Shown: one piece after another, positions 38,800 through 52,625 of the stretch
How positions within the stretch are numbered: the stretch's first letter is position 1
How the letters are laid out: each line of letters opens with the position of its first letter
DNA from: Eledone cirrhosa
Lineage: Eukaryota
Direction: 5' to 3'
DNA length: 64,000 nucleotides
Assembly (NCBI GenBank): GCA_964016885.1
Contig: OZ024740.1
Span: 220,038,001 to 220,102,000, forward strand
Translations under genes and position numbers: made by a program
Notes under the pieces: model-generated
Databases searched by the model: none
Seen by the model: the letters and a program-made list of their open reading frames with translations, nothing else
Told to the model about the DNA's origin: nothing

Positions 38800-38985
38800 C
38801 TGGACCAGCTAGAAACAGTTATAAAATAAAACCTCCCTCAAATCACACCCTACTATCTTAAATATAGAAAGATTCATTGGACAATGTAGTTCCCCTCCCA
38901 CCACTCCTTCTATACAAAAATATGAGAAGGTCACAGCTGGAAACATTTGATCAGAGCGACCTAAAACTAAACAACAACAATACAA
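38800..38985 (+). mobile_element. Dispersed retroposon with (CAA)n tail (family D)
   Basis: GCTAGAAA..GC..AAATCTCCCTCAAATCACACC...GACCTGGGGCTAAACAACAAC; also at about 44090-44280, 45110-45350, 45955-46140 (-), 48135-48335 and 54075-54230. Confidence 0.6.
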
Positions 38986-39689
38986 ATGGGAATAAAAGAC
39001 TGATGACATCATCTTGACTTTGCATAATAACAATCATAATAACCACTCCATGAAATGTATGTACTTCTTTATAATAAAACAAAACGGAAAACTGGAAAAA
39101 AAAACCCACTGAAAACACACATGATTTTAATGTGCTAACTAAAAATAAATTTACTTGTACAGGTTTAGTTGACCTCATACAAAGTTACATCTCATAGGAG
39201 ATTTTTTTGTGTGTTTTAACCATTTTGATATCAAACCATCTGAAGCTACCCCAGGTTCTATGATACAAGTCTATTTGTTTACAAAATGTTTTATATCTAT
39301 CTAAAAAAAATCCTTCCATCATAATTTTATGTAAGAACCTTTCTTAAGTTACATTCCAAACATCAACTTGATAATGAGAAAGTTAGTTATATAACTAAAT
39401 CCCTCCAAATTCTTGATTATTTTCCAAATTATCTGAAAGTCATGCAGGTAACGAAAGAGTTAATGACAAGAATTCCAGTCTTATCATGAAGGTGATAACA
39501 AAATGTAAAATATTTTATAAAATTTACCACAAGGAGGGTAAAAATATAAAGTTCTAGGCAACAAGCCTAGTATGCTGACCTCTCAATGCAAAATGTTAAT
39601 GAACTAAATGAGTTTTAAGATCACTTGGAAATTTGAGATACAAAATGTTAACAGAGCAGATGAGATTTCGTTAAGATCAGTTGACCCAA

Positions 39690-39848
39690 AATGGCGACCC
39701 AAAATGAACTGGCGCCAGACAGTTGAGAGGGACCTGCGAGCGACAAACAGACAATGACGGGACGCTGTGCAACTGGCTGCTGACCGAACGCGGTGGAACA
39801 CTATGATTGCCTCATGCGTCGCAAGACGCGGGAGCTTCTGAGTCTGAG
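39690..39848 (+). mobile_element. RTE LINE ORF2 C-terminal remnant
   Basis: RPKMNWRQTVERDL...AVQLAADRTRWNTMIASCVARRGSF*, typical of the RTE C-terminus (GRPK.TWRR...A.DR..W). Confidence 0.7.
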
Positions 39849-41517
39849 TTGTGAATTTGAGATGCCATAGACAGCAAACATTTACAAAGAGAACCATCCT
39901 CCAGGGGAAACGCTTTCTCCATTCTGTCTGCCAGGGCCATGGGGCAGCCAGCATGTGGGACCCCATTTGCTCATAATACAGAGATGGGAAGGGCAAGAGA
40001 GATGGAGGCGATGACAGTGGGAGTTCGGCTCTTCCGTGTTCGGACACATTTATCAGACTGTAGGTTTTATGTACTTGCTATACATATTTTATTCAATTTG
40101 AGATTACAACTTTGTCTACTTTTGTGACCAGGATAGAGTTAACATCTGGTTTTGAGCTCTACAGTTTATTTGTTTAAATGTAATACTATGTTTAACTTAC
40201 AAATTGCTATTTAGTCCAGTTTTTAAATCTTCATATAACAGAAATAGCTCTTACACTGGCTTTTAAAATGGAGAGAGAATGTTGGAACAATTCACACAAA
40301 ATATAAACAGTAATTGAAGACAGAACTACATATGTAAAACTTAGAATAAAATGCCTTGTGGCATTTGTTCTGGTTTTCTGTGCTCTGAATTTGAATCATA
40401 CCAAGATTACCGTTGGCTTTCATCCCTTTGAGGTCTATAGAATAAAGTAACCGGATCAGGGAGGTGAATTTGTTAAAATGTCAGACAAGATGCATTGAAA
40501 TATTTGTTCTAGCTCTTTGCATCCTGAGTTCAAATCCTGCAGTGACCTACTTAGGTGGCAGACTTAATCCATCACCTGGTTTAACACTCCCACTCGGCCC
40601 CTGGGTGCCTTTGGCTGATCCACTCTGCTGCAAGGATTTTAAGTAGGTCTCCAGTTTCAGGATACCTTCCTACTTCCCACTCACTAGTTTCCAAGACTTT
40701 GAGAAGGGTCATAAGCATTGCCCTTCTTTCTGTAACTAGACAATAACAATAAAAAAAGTAAGAAAGTAGCAATCAAATTATTTCTACTATAAGTATATAT
40801 TTAATTTGGATTTTGCTTGCACAATAAATTGACTCAATTACCTGTGACATTCTAGGATATATATTTTTTATTTATATATATTATTATGAGGGCAGTGGAT
40901 TGGTAGAGTGCTGTATGCTTTGTGGCATATAGTTACAGCAGTTTATGTTCTGAGTTCAAATCCCTCAGAGGCTAGCTGCCCCCTATTATGGAATTCTGCT
41001 ATTAATTTGTTACTTTATGTGTGTGGGGGGGAGGGGGGGGGGGTTAGACGATTTGTACAAACTCCCACTGTCCCAGTTCATTTGTATTGGCATTTGGGTT
41101 TTCGCCCTCATGGTCAATAAGAAAATTATTATTATATTAGTATATGTTATTGACGGACATAAGAATGAGAACTCAATGCCAAAGTAGTGTTTAAATATAC
41201 ATTTATTATGGCCAAGTAGTGAGTCTTGATACTATGGAGTTTCACCTGCACACAAGAATTCTGCCTGATAATCCTCTGGGTATGTAGCTAAAATTCCAGA
41301 GTAACAAGACTCACTACTTAGCCATAATAAATTAATAGTACAGGGGTCGATTTAATCGACTTTTCCCTCCCCTTCAAATTGCTGGCCTTGTGCTGAGGTT
41401 GACTTTGCCTTTCATCCTTACGGGGTCGATAAAATAAAGTACCAGTAATGCACTGGGTAATTGCTGGCCTTGTGCCTAAAGTAGAAACAATTATTATTAT
41501 TATTATTATTATTATTA

Positions 41518-42890
41518 CAGCATCATAGGGCGCTGGACAGGCGGACCAGTAAAGTGGCTCGAGTTTGGTTCGAATCAGACCTCCAGGAGGATAAGAATTG
41601 GGACGAGATTATAATCAGGGTAGCCATTCTCACCCAGAAATTGGCTGAGAGGAAGCTGTCCCTGAAAGGTCGGGTGAAGGTAGCAAACACGTAGATTGCA
41701 TCCATCATCTACTACCGCGTGACCATCGTGCCTTGCTCTCGGTTGCGCCTCACCAAATTGGAATGCCTCCTCTTCAACTTCTTGTGGAAGAGACTGGTTC
41801 CATTGGTAAGGTGTTCCATCTGCTGCCAGCACCCTCTATGCGGAGAGCTGGGTATGCCGTGGCTACTGACGCACAAACATGCACCGAGGCATCTCCAGAT
41901 ATTCTGCCTAAACAGTGAACAGGTGTGGCTACCTTTTGTGAGATGGGCCTTTTCGCAGCTTGTCTCTTTGACTGAGCTGCAGTCCTGGGTGAAGAAGAGA
42001 CTAAAACTGGGCGCCTGGCACCTAGAATGTTTCCAGGCACTCACTGCCCTCTACCAGGTGGGCAATGCAGTCAGTGGAACTTCCACTCTCAAGTTCTATA
42101 GAGGATTAGGGGTGAACAAGTGTGACAACGCACTTGGAGAAGCTCTTGCTTGGCAGTGCTACCAGGTAGCACTGCTGGTTCGAGACATGGATGTGCTGTC
42201 AGATGAACCTGCATGAGATGCGCACAGAGCGATGAAACCATTCTGCAGGCATTCGTCCAGTGTCCATGCATTGCTGATTTGTGGAGTTATGTCAAACAAC
42301 CGTTGTCGCGTGTAGAACGGGTCCGACTATCGACCAAGTCCATAGTGAAGATCGCCCCGCCGCCTTCTTTTGGTCAGGAAGGGCAGACAATTTTCTTTTG
42401 TCTGGTGGCAGTAGCGAAAGGGGTTGTATGGTGGACCAGGTTGAAAGGGCTGAAGACACACTTTTCTCTTCAGCCAATCGCTCATCAACTTTTTCAAGTT
42501 TCACTTGGAAAGGAAGGTGAGGGTGGAGAGAGAAGTGCTGCCCCACCCACTACATTTGTGAAAAGGTGGGTGAAAGTAGCAAGAATGACCCGTGAAAATG
42601 GGCCTACTCTGAGCATGTGCCTGCAGGCTGGTTAAATTGACAGGGAGATGGGTGTTCTTCCCAATGGGTGTTATTGAAAGCATCGGGTGGTCCAAGATTA
42701 GTGGAGTACCTGAGTCGCTCCTGACTGGTTCACTCCCCACTATTGGGGAAGGTATTTTTGTTATATTTTATATATGTACATTGTTAATTGTTTTGTTATT
42801 TGTATTTTTACTCAATTTCATTGTAAACCCCCACTGTCCCTGTCTTTGTATTGTCCCCTATGTGTGAGCCCTAGTCGCCAATAAAGAAAT
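41518..42890 (+). mobile_element. 5'-truncated Tx1/L1-clade LINE in (ATT)n between SINE-B copies
   Basis: KNWDEI...AERKLSLKGRVKVAN...LLFNFLWK...GELGMP..., C-terminal CMRC..ETILQAFVQCP knuckle, T-rich 3' UTR and AATAAA; stops and frameshifts. Related 3' tip at about 41055-41135. Confidence 0.85.
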
Positions 42891-42912
42891 CATCATTATT
42901 ATTATTATGATT

Positions 42913-43100
42913 AGGGCGGTGGATTGGCAGTATCAGTAGAGGGTCGGACGTCATGCTTTGCGGCATAGAGTTACGGCCCTTTATGATCTGAGTTCAAATC
43001 CCGCAAGGTTAACTTTGCCTTTCATCCTTACGGGGTCAATTTTATCGACTTTCTCCTCCCCCAAAATTGCTGGCCTTGTGCCTATATAAGAAACCATTAT
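42913..43100 (+). mobile_element. Family B SINE
   Basis: GGGCGGTGGATTGGCAG head, GAGTTCAAATCCC B-box and Meta-like block. Confidence 0.85.
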
Positions 43101-43199
43101 TAGTAGTAGTAGCAGCAACAGCAACTGTTGTTATTTATTGCTGGGTAAAAGGTGTGTGTTTGAAACCTAAAACACAACTACTGTAAAAAATTAACTTTA

Positions 43200-43431
43200 A
43201 ATCACTGTCTGCGTCAAGAAAGCAGGCAAGCCTGCGTCTCAGTGGTGTAAGGGAAGTAACTACGGCTTTTTGAAGTATATTGCCTCCCTTATTTGATATC
43301 TAAACAGAAAATAATTTTCTCCCCTCACCCCATAAAATATGAAAGTCAGAAATCTTGTTTATATATCTTTAAAAATCACGAGATTCCAACATATGTAATA
43401 AAAGAAATTATTATTCAAAGAGTAAAAATGT

Positions 43432-43477
<46 letters not shown>

Positions 43478-46150
43478 CTGTTATATATGGACAGCTCATA
43501 GACATTTGACTTTATTTCATCTTATTTTTACTATTTGAAATGATTACTGATCATTCTTATTACTGTTTATCAGTGACAAGTATTTTATGGGGCGAAGTTT
43601 CGCTTTAGGTATATAAAACAACAGACAATAAAATGAAATGCAAAAAAAATTCGATTTATTGATTAAAGATAAACTGAAGTGTGTGTTTGTGAATTTTTTG
43701 GAAAATCGCTTCTACTTCCCGCCCCCGATATCGATAAACTCCTTCATAAATGACAATCTGCAGTCAATTGCCACCCACTAATAAATTAGTTTTAAAAGGC
43801 GAGAGATTTGAATAATGAGTCCCAGAAAAGAATCTTGCCTAAGGCTCCGATAAGATTAGCACGTTTTATTGAATTACATTTTATTGTTAAGGTTTGTTGT
43901 TTTTATCGTCTGTTATTTTATATACTTGAAGCGAAACATCACTTTTTTTCTTTTTTTACTTCGCGCTCCTCTTATAGAATAGTAAAAACTCACAAAAATA
44001 CATGAAAGAATCTATGAACAAGGAACCATATATTTCTTCTTGGCTGCGTTCTTTAGTGTTCCTATTCTCAGAAGCCGACAATCATATTACATTTGCTAGA
44101 AATAGCAGCCAAACCTCCCTCGAAGTATACGGCTACCCTCTTTAAAATCTAAATACGCGTTAAATAATATAGACCTAGAAATATATCTAAAATAAATTTA
44201 TTTTAAAAAAGACTGGATGGACAGCCACGAATGGAATGCTTTTGCTCATAACTACCGTTTAGCGCAACAATATAAAAGTTGATTACGATTACTTGGAAAT
44301 AAAGAAGAAAATAATAATACTTTCGTTATTGTAAGGTTTCGTTCGTTAATAATTTATTCTTTTTTGTTGTGGGTTATTTTTACTGATTACTTTCGATCAG
44401 TGTAAGGAAAAACGTAAACCCAGACATTTTTTTTTATCATGCCTTCCAATTTGATGTTGATAATAAATATCAATTAGGATGCGAAATATATTTACGACAA
44501 AAACATAATGTCATTTCTACAACAATGTTGTTTTTTGTTTGTTTGTTTGTTTTTATCTATTTTCATCAATATAATCATAATGTAGAACTTCGAAAACGTA
44601 TCTCTACAAAATTTCATTAAGAAATATGCACTATTAATAAAGTTATAAGTAAACAAAGCCGATGGGGTATTAACATGTAGTTATGTCTGTCTTTGATCAT
44701 AGGTTGGCTCAATCAGAGATTACCTAGGGTTAAACAACAACAACAACCGTCCCGCTGCTTTACGTTATCTATATAACGCTTTATAAGTCAGGTGTGCGTG
44801 ACATTACTGATTGTGTGTGTGTTTGATGTTAGTCCAGCAGTTTAACATAACCTCGGGTCAATACAGGCTTTGTGAATGAAACTGAATAGACGAAAACAGT
44901 ACGGAAGCCCGCCTTATGAACTGTACCTGTCTCGGGTGGTGGTGGTGGTGGTGGTAGATTTACTATGTCATCCAGTTTAACTTCGGGTGGCGTTAGCGGA
45001 ATCCAGTTTGTAGCAAACATTAGGACCAATTTGCCGGCTTGAGGATAACTCAATAGCTTGAGACATACTGCAGCAAGCTAGCTAGCTAACTATGACTCGG
45101 CAAGTCAACGATCGATTTGCTAGAAATAGCAACCAAAATCACTCTCAAATCGCACACTACTGGGGGGGGGGGGGGGGTCGTTTTGGGTTTGGTTTTTTTT
45201 TCAAAAGAAAAGACTTATTATATTATATTATATAGTCCGAGATTCATTATATCTGAGTGAAAAACAAGATAGTCACAGCTGAAATTCCTTTAATCACATC
45301 AGAGATCTGATCGATCCAGGGCTGACCTGGGGCTAAACAACAACAACCCATGAGTCATGGTTTCTTCTTCCCTTTCCTGAAAAAGGTCATGGGCGCTGGC
45401 CTTCTCCTTCTTCTTCTGACTAAGCTATTAAAGAAAACATCGTGTGTGTGTGTGTGTTTCTTTCTTTCTGTCTTACTCTCGTTAAGTAGTATACCGGCTC
45501 CAATATTTTAAATAGGGGTAAAACATGAAAATTTTGGCGTAATTAAAAATGAACTAACGATAATATTAATAATTTGGCTTTCCTGAATTATCGAAGCGAT
45601 TAAGCTTCGTTTTAACATGGATATCTTTAATCCCTTTCCTCAAAATATTAAGTTAATTACATGTTTTATCTTAATTAGTTCTATTTCGTTTCTAATTAAA
45701 TATTTCTAAGTTAATTAAATAGTCTTAAATCTAAGCGATTTAAACAATGACTTCGGTTGCACCAAAAGTCATTTATGTTCGTGTTCTTCCCGTTTCAAAT
45801 CAAGGTATGTGAAGAATAGATAGCTGCCATTGCTAGCAAACCGAGTGACCATGTAGAAGCAATACCTACAATTTAGTAGTAAATGTGAGAGTAAGCCAAG
45901 AAAAGGGGGTTCACGCAATAAGACGGCTTGTGTTGATACCACTTTTTGTCGATAACAATTGTTGTGGCTGTTTAGCCCTAGGTTCGTGCTGATCAAGTAG
46001 ACCTATGATCGAAGGCATTCCAGCTATGACCATCCTATCTATTTTTTTTTTCAGACATCGTATATCTAAGACTTCATTATCTAATGTGTAATTTCTTTAA
46101 GACGATAATGTGACATTTCGCTACTATTTCTAGCAGGGTGATACATAATG
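43200..46150. promoter_or_regulatory. CpG-retaining domain, candidate unmethylated promoter or regulatory region
   Basis: CpG dinucleotides are visibly frequent here compared with CpG-poor flanks; ETS/GC-box-like ACTTCCCGCCCC at about 43715-43726. Confidence 0.4.
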
Positions 46151-47761
46151 CGTTTACAAAGTCTATAAGACAATATAGTCTTTCAGGGACCTGATGAAAA
46201 GATTATAGTGTGTCCCACCACCTCATATTTAAAATCTGCTTAGAAAATGTTGGGATAATGATAAACATTTAATTTGAATAAAATGGTGTCCCTTTTATTT
46301 TGTTTAATGATTAACCCCGCCTTGAGTCTTTGATACCTGGTCATCTGGGAGTACGTAAGTGAATACTGACGAAATGTAACAACAGGGAAATATATGTATC
46401 CACTGCACATACCCTGAGGTAGCTGTGTGACATGATGATACTTTAAAATACTCACAGCATGACTAAATGTGTTTATTATACATTAAAATATTGCGTATGG
46501 GTTTGTATACACCTCTATAATGCATTAACTTCTGTTTATTAGTTTACTTGGACATTTATAGGGTTTGCGTTCATTATTTTTACCGTGCTTGTATTTTTTT
46601 TTCTTTCTTATGAGACAGCAATCATATGACATCCCCCAAGTATTTCAACCAGCTCATGATAGTGGGATTAGTTTGCATGAGGTCCACACACTGGTGGGTG
46701 GAGATCCAAGCACTCAATATGTGTTCTGTAGTCTGCCCTGGCAACCCACAAAGAAAGGTACTGATGGCTGCAGTCCCCAGTGGGGCATGGCTGCATTGAA
46801 TTCGCCAACACGTGTAGCCAATTTAGGGACCTCCTCGGGGTGGAAACTGATACCTGATCAGGCAAAAGACAACAAGCAGCAGCAAATCAATAGTATACAT
46901 TAGTTTGCTAATGCACTTGCTCTTTCTTTTCACCATTTATCCGAGAAGCGAAGGGCAGTGCCCATGGCCCTTTTCAGGGCTGTCAATACTAGTCGGAGGG
47001 TGGAAAGTATCCTTAAACAAGAAATCTGACCTAACTGATTTCTAAAGGGCCAGGTGGTGGTGTCAAACTAAGCAATAGATTGAACCTGTCACACTAGTGG
47101 AACATGACTGGATTTGAAATCAGAATACAAAGAGCTTGAATAAATACTGCAAGGCACTCTAGCAATCCATCAGTGCTCTATTCTGGACTGACATTTTATT
47201 TTATTGATGCTGTGAAAATGAAAAATAAAACCAACCATACTCAGTATAGAAAGCTAGTTATTTTAGCCCATGCTCTAACAACTCTGCCAGTTTCCTGCCC
47301 CTCAACCTTCTCCAATTTCTCCAGTCCAATAAGATAACTATTCCTAACACTGCTTCTTTTATTCTGAAACACTGCACTCCATAACTAATTCCTATCATTA
47401 CTTACTAATAAAATTTTTGGTATGAAACAATCCCTGGACAAAGCTGTTTATTTTTAAATGTTTTACAGTTACCAAAAAACCTTCCATCGTAATTTTATTT
47501 TGTTAATTTGGTGTTTGGAAAATAACTTAATAATGAGAAAGATTTTTACTAAATCTTTCCAAATTCTTGATTGTTTTCTAAATTATCTGAAACTCAACGT
47601 TAGTGTATTTTATTAGAAATATGGTAATAAAAAGGTTAAATATATTTTCTCTACAGGAATCTATCCTAATTTACACAATGTGTGGGCATGTCCCACATCT
47701 TACCAGCTACTAACCTCTAGTTTTTCTTTCTAACATCTCAAAAGTGGTTCATGTAGTAACA

Positions 47762-47945
47762 AATAATTGTTTCTACTTTAGGCACAAGGCCAGCAATTAC
47801 ACAGTGCATTACTGGTACTTTATTTTATCGACCCCGTAAGGATGAAAGTCAACTTCGGCGGGATTTGAACTCAGATCGTAAAAGGACGTAACTATGCTGG
47901 AAAGCACGGCGTCCGACCCTCTACCGATCCTGCCAATCCACCCTT
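47762..47945 (-). mobile_element. Family B SINE
   Basis: Reverse complement of the full family-B consensus. Confidence 0.85.
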
Positions 47946-50891
47946 GACTTTCCCTCTCTTCACAGTGATCACCAGTATGAGTTTTATAAAACCAGATAGA
48001 TAGATCTACTAGAAACTTGCTCTCCTATATCACTCATTAGTAGTCTTCAACAAATGCAATGTTGCTGCACTTGTCAGCAACTAAATCTATCAAACCATGT
48101 TTGCAATGAGCCAACAAGTGAGCCTCTACATCATTTAAATTACTAGAAACAGTAGTCAAATCTCCCTCAAATAAGCATTATCCAACGTTTCTTTTTTTTT
48201 TCTCTAGACAGAAGTGTTATTTGAGGGAGATTTGACTACTGTTTCTAGTAATTTAAATATATGGTCATAGCTTGAATGACTTTAATCACAAATCTGCTCA
48301 AGCAAGACTGACCTGGAACTAAATAACAACAACTAACTACTTAGTGCTCTATTCATCTATGGAGTTTCTTGTCAGATAGCTCCTAACAAGGCTTTCTCCA
48401 ACACACATTCTAGCAACTCTATTGCACTCCATAGTGAAATTCAATTATATCTCCCTCTCCTTATGTTAACAAGTGACTTGCTATTACTTCAAACACACAC
48501 ACACATGCTCCTATGAAGATAACTCATTTCAATCCTCTTTAATCTTCTGATTATAGGCATCATCCTTATGGTGGCGAATTGGCAGAGTCGTTAGAATGTC
48601 AGCTAGAATGCTTTATGGTATTCATTTCGGCTCGCTACTCTCCGAGTTCAAATCCCACCAAGGTCAACTTCGCCTTTCGTTCTTTCTAGGGCGATAAAAA
48701 AAAAAGTACCAGTTTAGTACTGGTATCGATTCTTCCTCTATATCTCTTTCTCACACTTTCTATCCTTCTCTGGAAGAAATCTGCTGTGTTCAGACCTGAA
48801 GAGGAGTTGGGCTCTGCCAGGCGTTAAAAAAAGATGCCCTAGAAACGCTGTATGTCAATATAGTACCCCCATGACCACTGCAGTTACTTGACCATACATA
48901 AATCATCCTTATGCAACCATATATGCAACAGTGCTATGAATAAAGATATTAGAATATCCTCCACATTTATTAATTAGACTAATTTTATTAATGAGTTTGT
49001 AGCTAATTAATTTTTTTAATAAAAAACCAACACAATGATGGAAGATGTACACTGTTATCATGATGACAAAAACACTTAACTCTCCACAAGTCAGTCTAGT
49101 TGAATATAAATAGGTAATATTGGTGATACAACTCACTATTATAAACAGAAGATAGTAGCTGAGCTATGTAGAGCTGAATTCAACTCCTCCTGGGGATATA
49201 GCTTAGAGAGAGCTTATTCATACCAGATACTCTGTATTAATTAATGATCTCACCTTAATGACATGAAATGGATTATAATACTCACTTCTTTTTAATTTTA
49301 AAAGTGGCATACAGTGACAGTGAACACAATGCTTGCTCTATGCTTGTATCCCTGAGTTTAATTAGATCCCATAGGGGTCAACTTGACCTTTCATCCTTCT
49401 GTAATAATGAGGAAACAGGGTCATTACCAAATTTCTAATGAAATACACTGATTATGGGTTTCAAAAAATGTTGCCGTTTGGAATATAACTTAAAGGTTCT
49501 TTTATAAAATTATGATGAAAGGATTAAAATAAACAAACACTTGTATCATAGAATCATGGGTGGTCTCAGGCAGTTCGGTATTTAAAATGGTTAAACATAC
49601 AAGTTGTAACTATGTTTTGCCAGCTTCCTATGAGAAGTTTTCATTAGGAGGTTATTTGGTTGCTTTAATGACAGGGACCCAAGTACTATCATCCTATTAT
49701 GTCACCATTTCCCCAGGATTTTAACTCAAAATACACAGACTTGGAACAGTGGTCACAAAATATCCCATCTGATGCTCTAACAATTTCGCCAATCCACCAT
49801 CTTGGACTAATACTTTATTTATTGACCCTAGAAGGATGAAAGACAAAGTTGACCTCGGTCATACAACTGAAAAATATAAATGTACTTGATCTTTACACTA
49901 TTAGTTTGATATAATGAACCTAAAAGCTTGAATTGTTCTAAAAGATTGCTGTCACAAGCTTATATCACTGCAACAATTGATTTTCAAATTATTAATTTTC
50001 CATATAAAATCCAGTCTTTATGAAATATTTATAGAGAATTTTATTGCATGAAGTTGAAATATTGTCCATGAATCTTCTTTGTTTCATTTTTTTTCTTCTA
50101 CTATAGCCTTGGGCTAACCACTGACTACTGAATGCTATTTAGAATACAGAAACTATGAACAAAAAGCTTGTCATATGAATGTGTGTATATGCATGTGTAT
50201 GTGTGTATATGCATGTGTGTGTGTGTGTAGCATGTGTGTGTGTAGCATGCGTCTGTGTGGTATATGTGTGGAGTGTGCGTAGCATGCATGTGTGTGGTAT
50301 GTGTGCATGGTGTGTGTGTCAGTTTAAGAGCATTTGTAAAATTTGTTTACACCCCACAAACAATATGTCTCACAATGTAGCATTTCGATGAAGATGAGCT
50401 GTATATCATTAACATCATCCCCATTTAATGTTTATTTTCATGCTTGCATGGATGAGACAGATTGTCACGTTATGAGACAAGATCATGTCTTGCTCATACA
50501 AAACTGTTTCTGATTTGGTTGGTTTCCCTCCCTAATGCCAACCACATTACAGTATACTATACTTATAAAGTACGAGTTTGCATAGGAAGGACATGTAGCC
50601 ATAGAAACACAGCCTCAAAAACGTGTCTGTAAAAACAACGACAAGGATAATAGCTAATTTTTTTTTTATCTACAAGTTTGGCTTCATACACAACGAAAAC
50701 AAATGATTATTTTCTTAATTATTTAGTTTATTAAGGATTTTCCACAATTCTAGGTAAATTTTGACAATCACTAACGCAACAATCCTCAAATGCCAAAATG
50801 ATGTTTAACTTAAGGTCAGCCATATCAATACTGCCTGCATAATATGAGCTGTTCCTGGCTAAGTAAATAACTGTATTTGCACATTTTGTAA

Positions 50892-51190
50892 AGGTGTGTG
50901 GCTTAGTGGTTAGGGTGTTCGGTTCATGATTGTAAGGTTGTGTGTTAAATTCTCATTGTGCATTGTTCTTGAGCAAGACACTTTATTTCACATAGCTTCA
51001 ATCCACTCAGCTGGCAAAGGTGAGTTGTAATACAAAAAGCTAGTTTTGTCACAATGTGTCACACAGAATCCCCCTAAGAACTATATTAAAGGTACACGTG
51101 TCTGTGACATACTTAGCCACTTGCACATTAATTCATTAAGCAGGTTATTCCATTATTCAAACAAATGGAACATTTATCATCCAATGACAA
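50892..51190 (+). mobile_element. tRNA/CORE SINE with a third tail type
   Basis: GGTGTGTGGCTTAGTGGTTAGGG head and CTTGAGCAAGACACTTTATTTCACA; tail unrelated to A or A2. Confidence 0.65.
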
Positions 51191-52625
51191 AAAACTATGT
51201 TATACATTTTAGGAGCCTGTCCTAAGTAAATCGATTTCACTTATCACTATCCTAATCCATGCCATGTGGAATTAAGTTACATCCCTTTATAGTCTCACTT
51301 TAAATTCATCTTAGAATGACTTTACCTTTCATCTTTTCCATGTAAATAAAATAAACAACCAAGAGCATTCAAACCGGTCGTATCCGGCCAGAATTCTCTC
51401 ACCTCTTTCTGTTCAAACCAGTTGTAACCGCCCACTCAAACAGATATTAAGGTATATTTCTCGAAATAAATAATATCAAAATCTCATAGATTCAATATTA
51501 TGTGATATAATTATGTGATAATTACCGTAAAAATACGATAGTAAATATAGAGTAATGTGAATGCTAAAGTGTTAAGCAAAATAAACACATGTCCAGGGTA
51601 TCAAGGGATAAAGGGTACCATATAATTCAAATTAAATATATTTGTCATTGCAGAAAAATAAAAATAAAAATTTTTATAAATCAGGCAGGGGGCACCATAA
51701 TCTTTCAAGGGTTTAAGGCCTCAAAAAGATTTAATCATCCAGTCCTGAAGTAACCGGGTGTCAAGTCAATTAAACTATACTATTTCCCTATATATTCGTG
51801 GCCTTGTGCCAAAGTCAGAAATCAATATTTTATGTTACACATTTCCACACTTACTAACTGTACACTTTATGTTTAAAAAAAGGGGGTCATTTATTAGGTG
51901 GCTGTTTTTGTTTGCCTTGTCTTTCAAGACAATTTAAAGTTTATTGACAGATCAAACATTGCTACAAACTATAGTCGCTTCTATACAAATTTGGCTTTGT
52001 TTCCTGTAAAGGTGATTCATGATGAAACATTACTAAATTCAATGTTTTGTGGTTTTATTGTGGTGTGACAATATATATAGCTAATAAAAATAAAAACATT
52101 TTCTGAAAGAACAGGAATAATATGACTGGCTGAATAAACTAATAAATATTTGTTTAAAATTTTACTTTTTATCCTTCTAGGGATAGAGGTCAATAAAATA
52201 AAGAACCAGTCAAGTAGTGAAGTCAAAATAACTGACTGTTCCTTTCTCATAAAATTTCTGGCATTGTGTCTATGTTAGAAATTACTATTGTTAAAGGCAA
52301 GAGTGAGGACACTAGATTGGCAGAGGCATTAGAGCATCAGACAAATCTGTAGCAGTATTTGCTCAGGCTCTTTAGATACTGAGTTCAAATTCTGTTGAGG
52401 TCAACTTTACCTTTCATTCTTCTGGGGTCGATAAAATAAAGTACCAATAAATTACTAGGTTTGATATAATCAACTTTTTTCTTCCCCCAAATTGCTAGCC
52501 TTGTGCCTATGTTAGAAAAAAAAATTATTAATGGCAAGAGCAGTGGACTGGCAGAATTGTTAGCATGCCAGACAAAATGACTTGCAATATTTGTTCTGGC
52601 TCTTTATATTCTGTGTTCAAATTCA

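Noticed and set aside
40544-40648. 10-bp inverted repeat GACCTACTTA/TAAGTAGGTC around a GC-rich 100-bp segment
   Set aside because: Too short to classify, and no ribozyme or MITE family was recognised.
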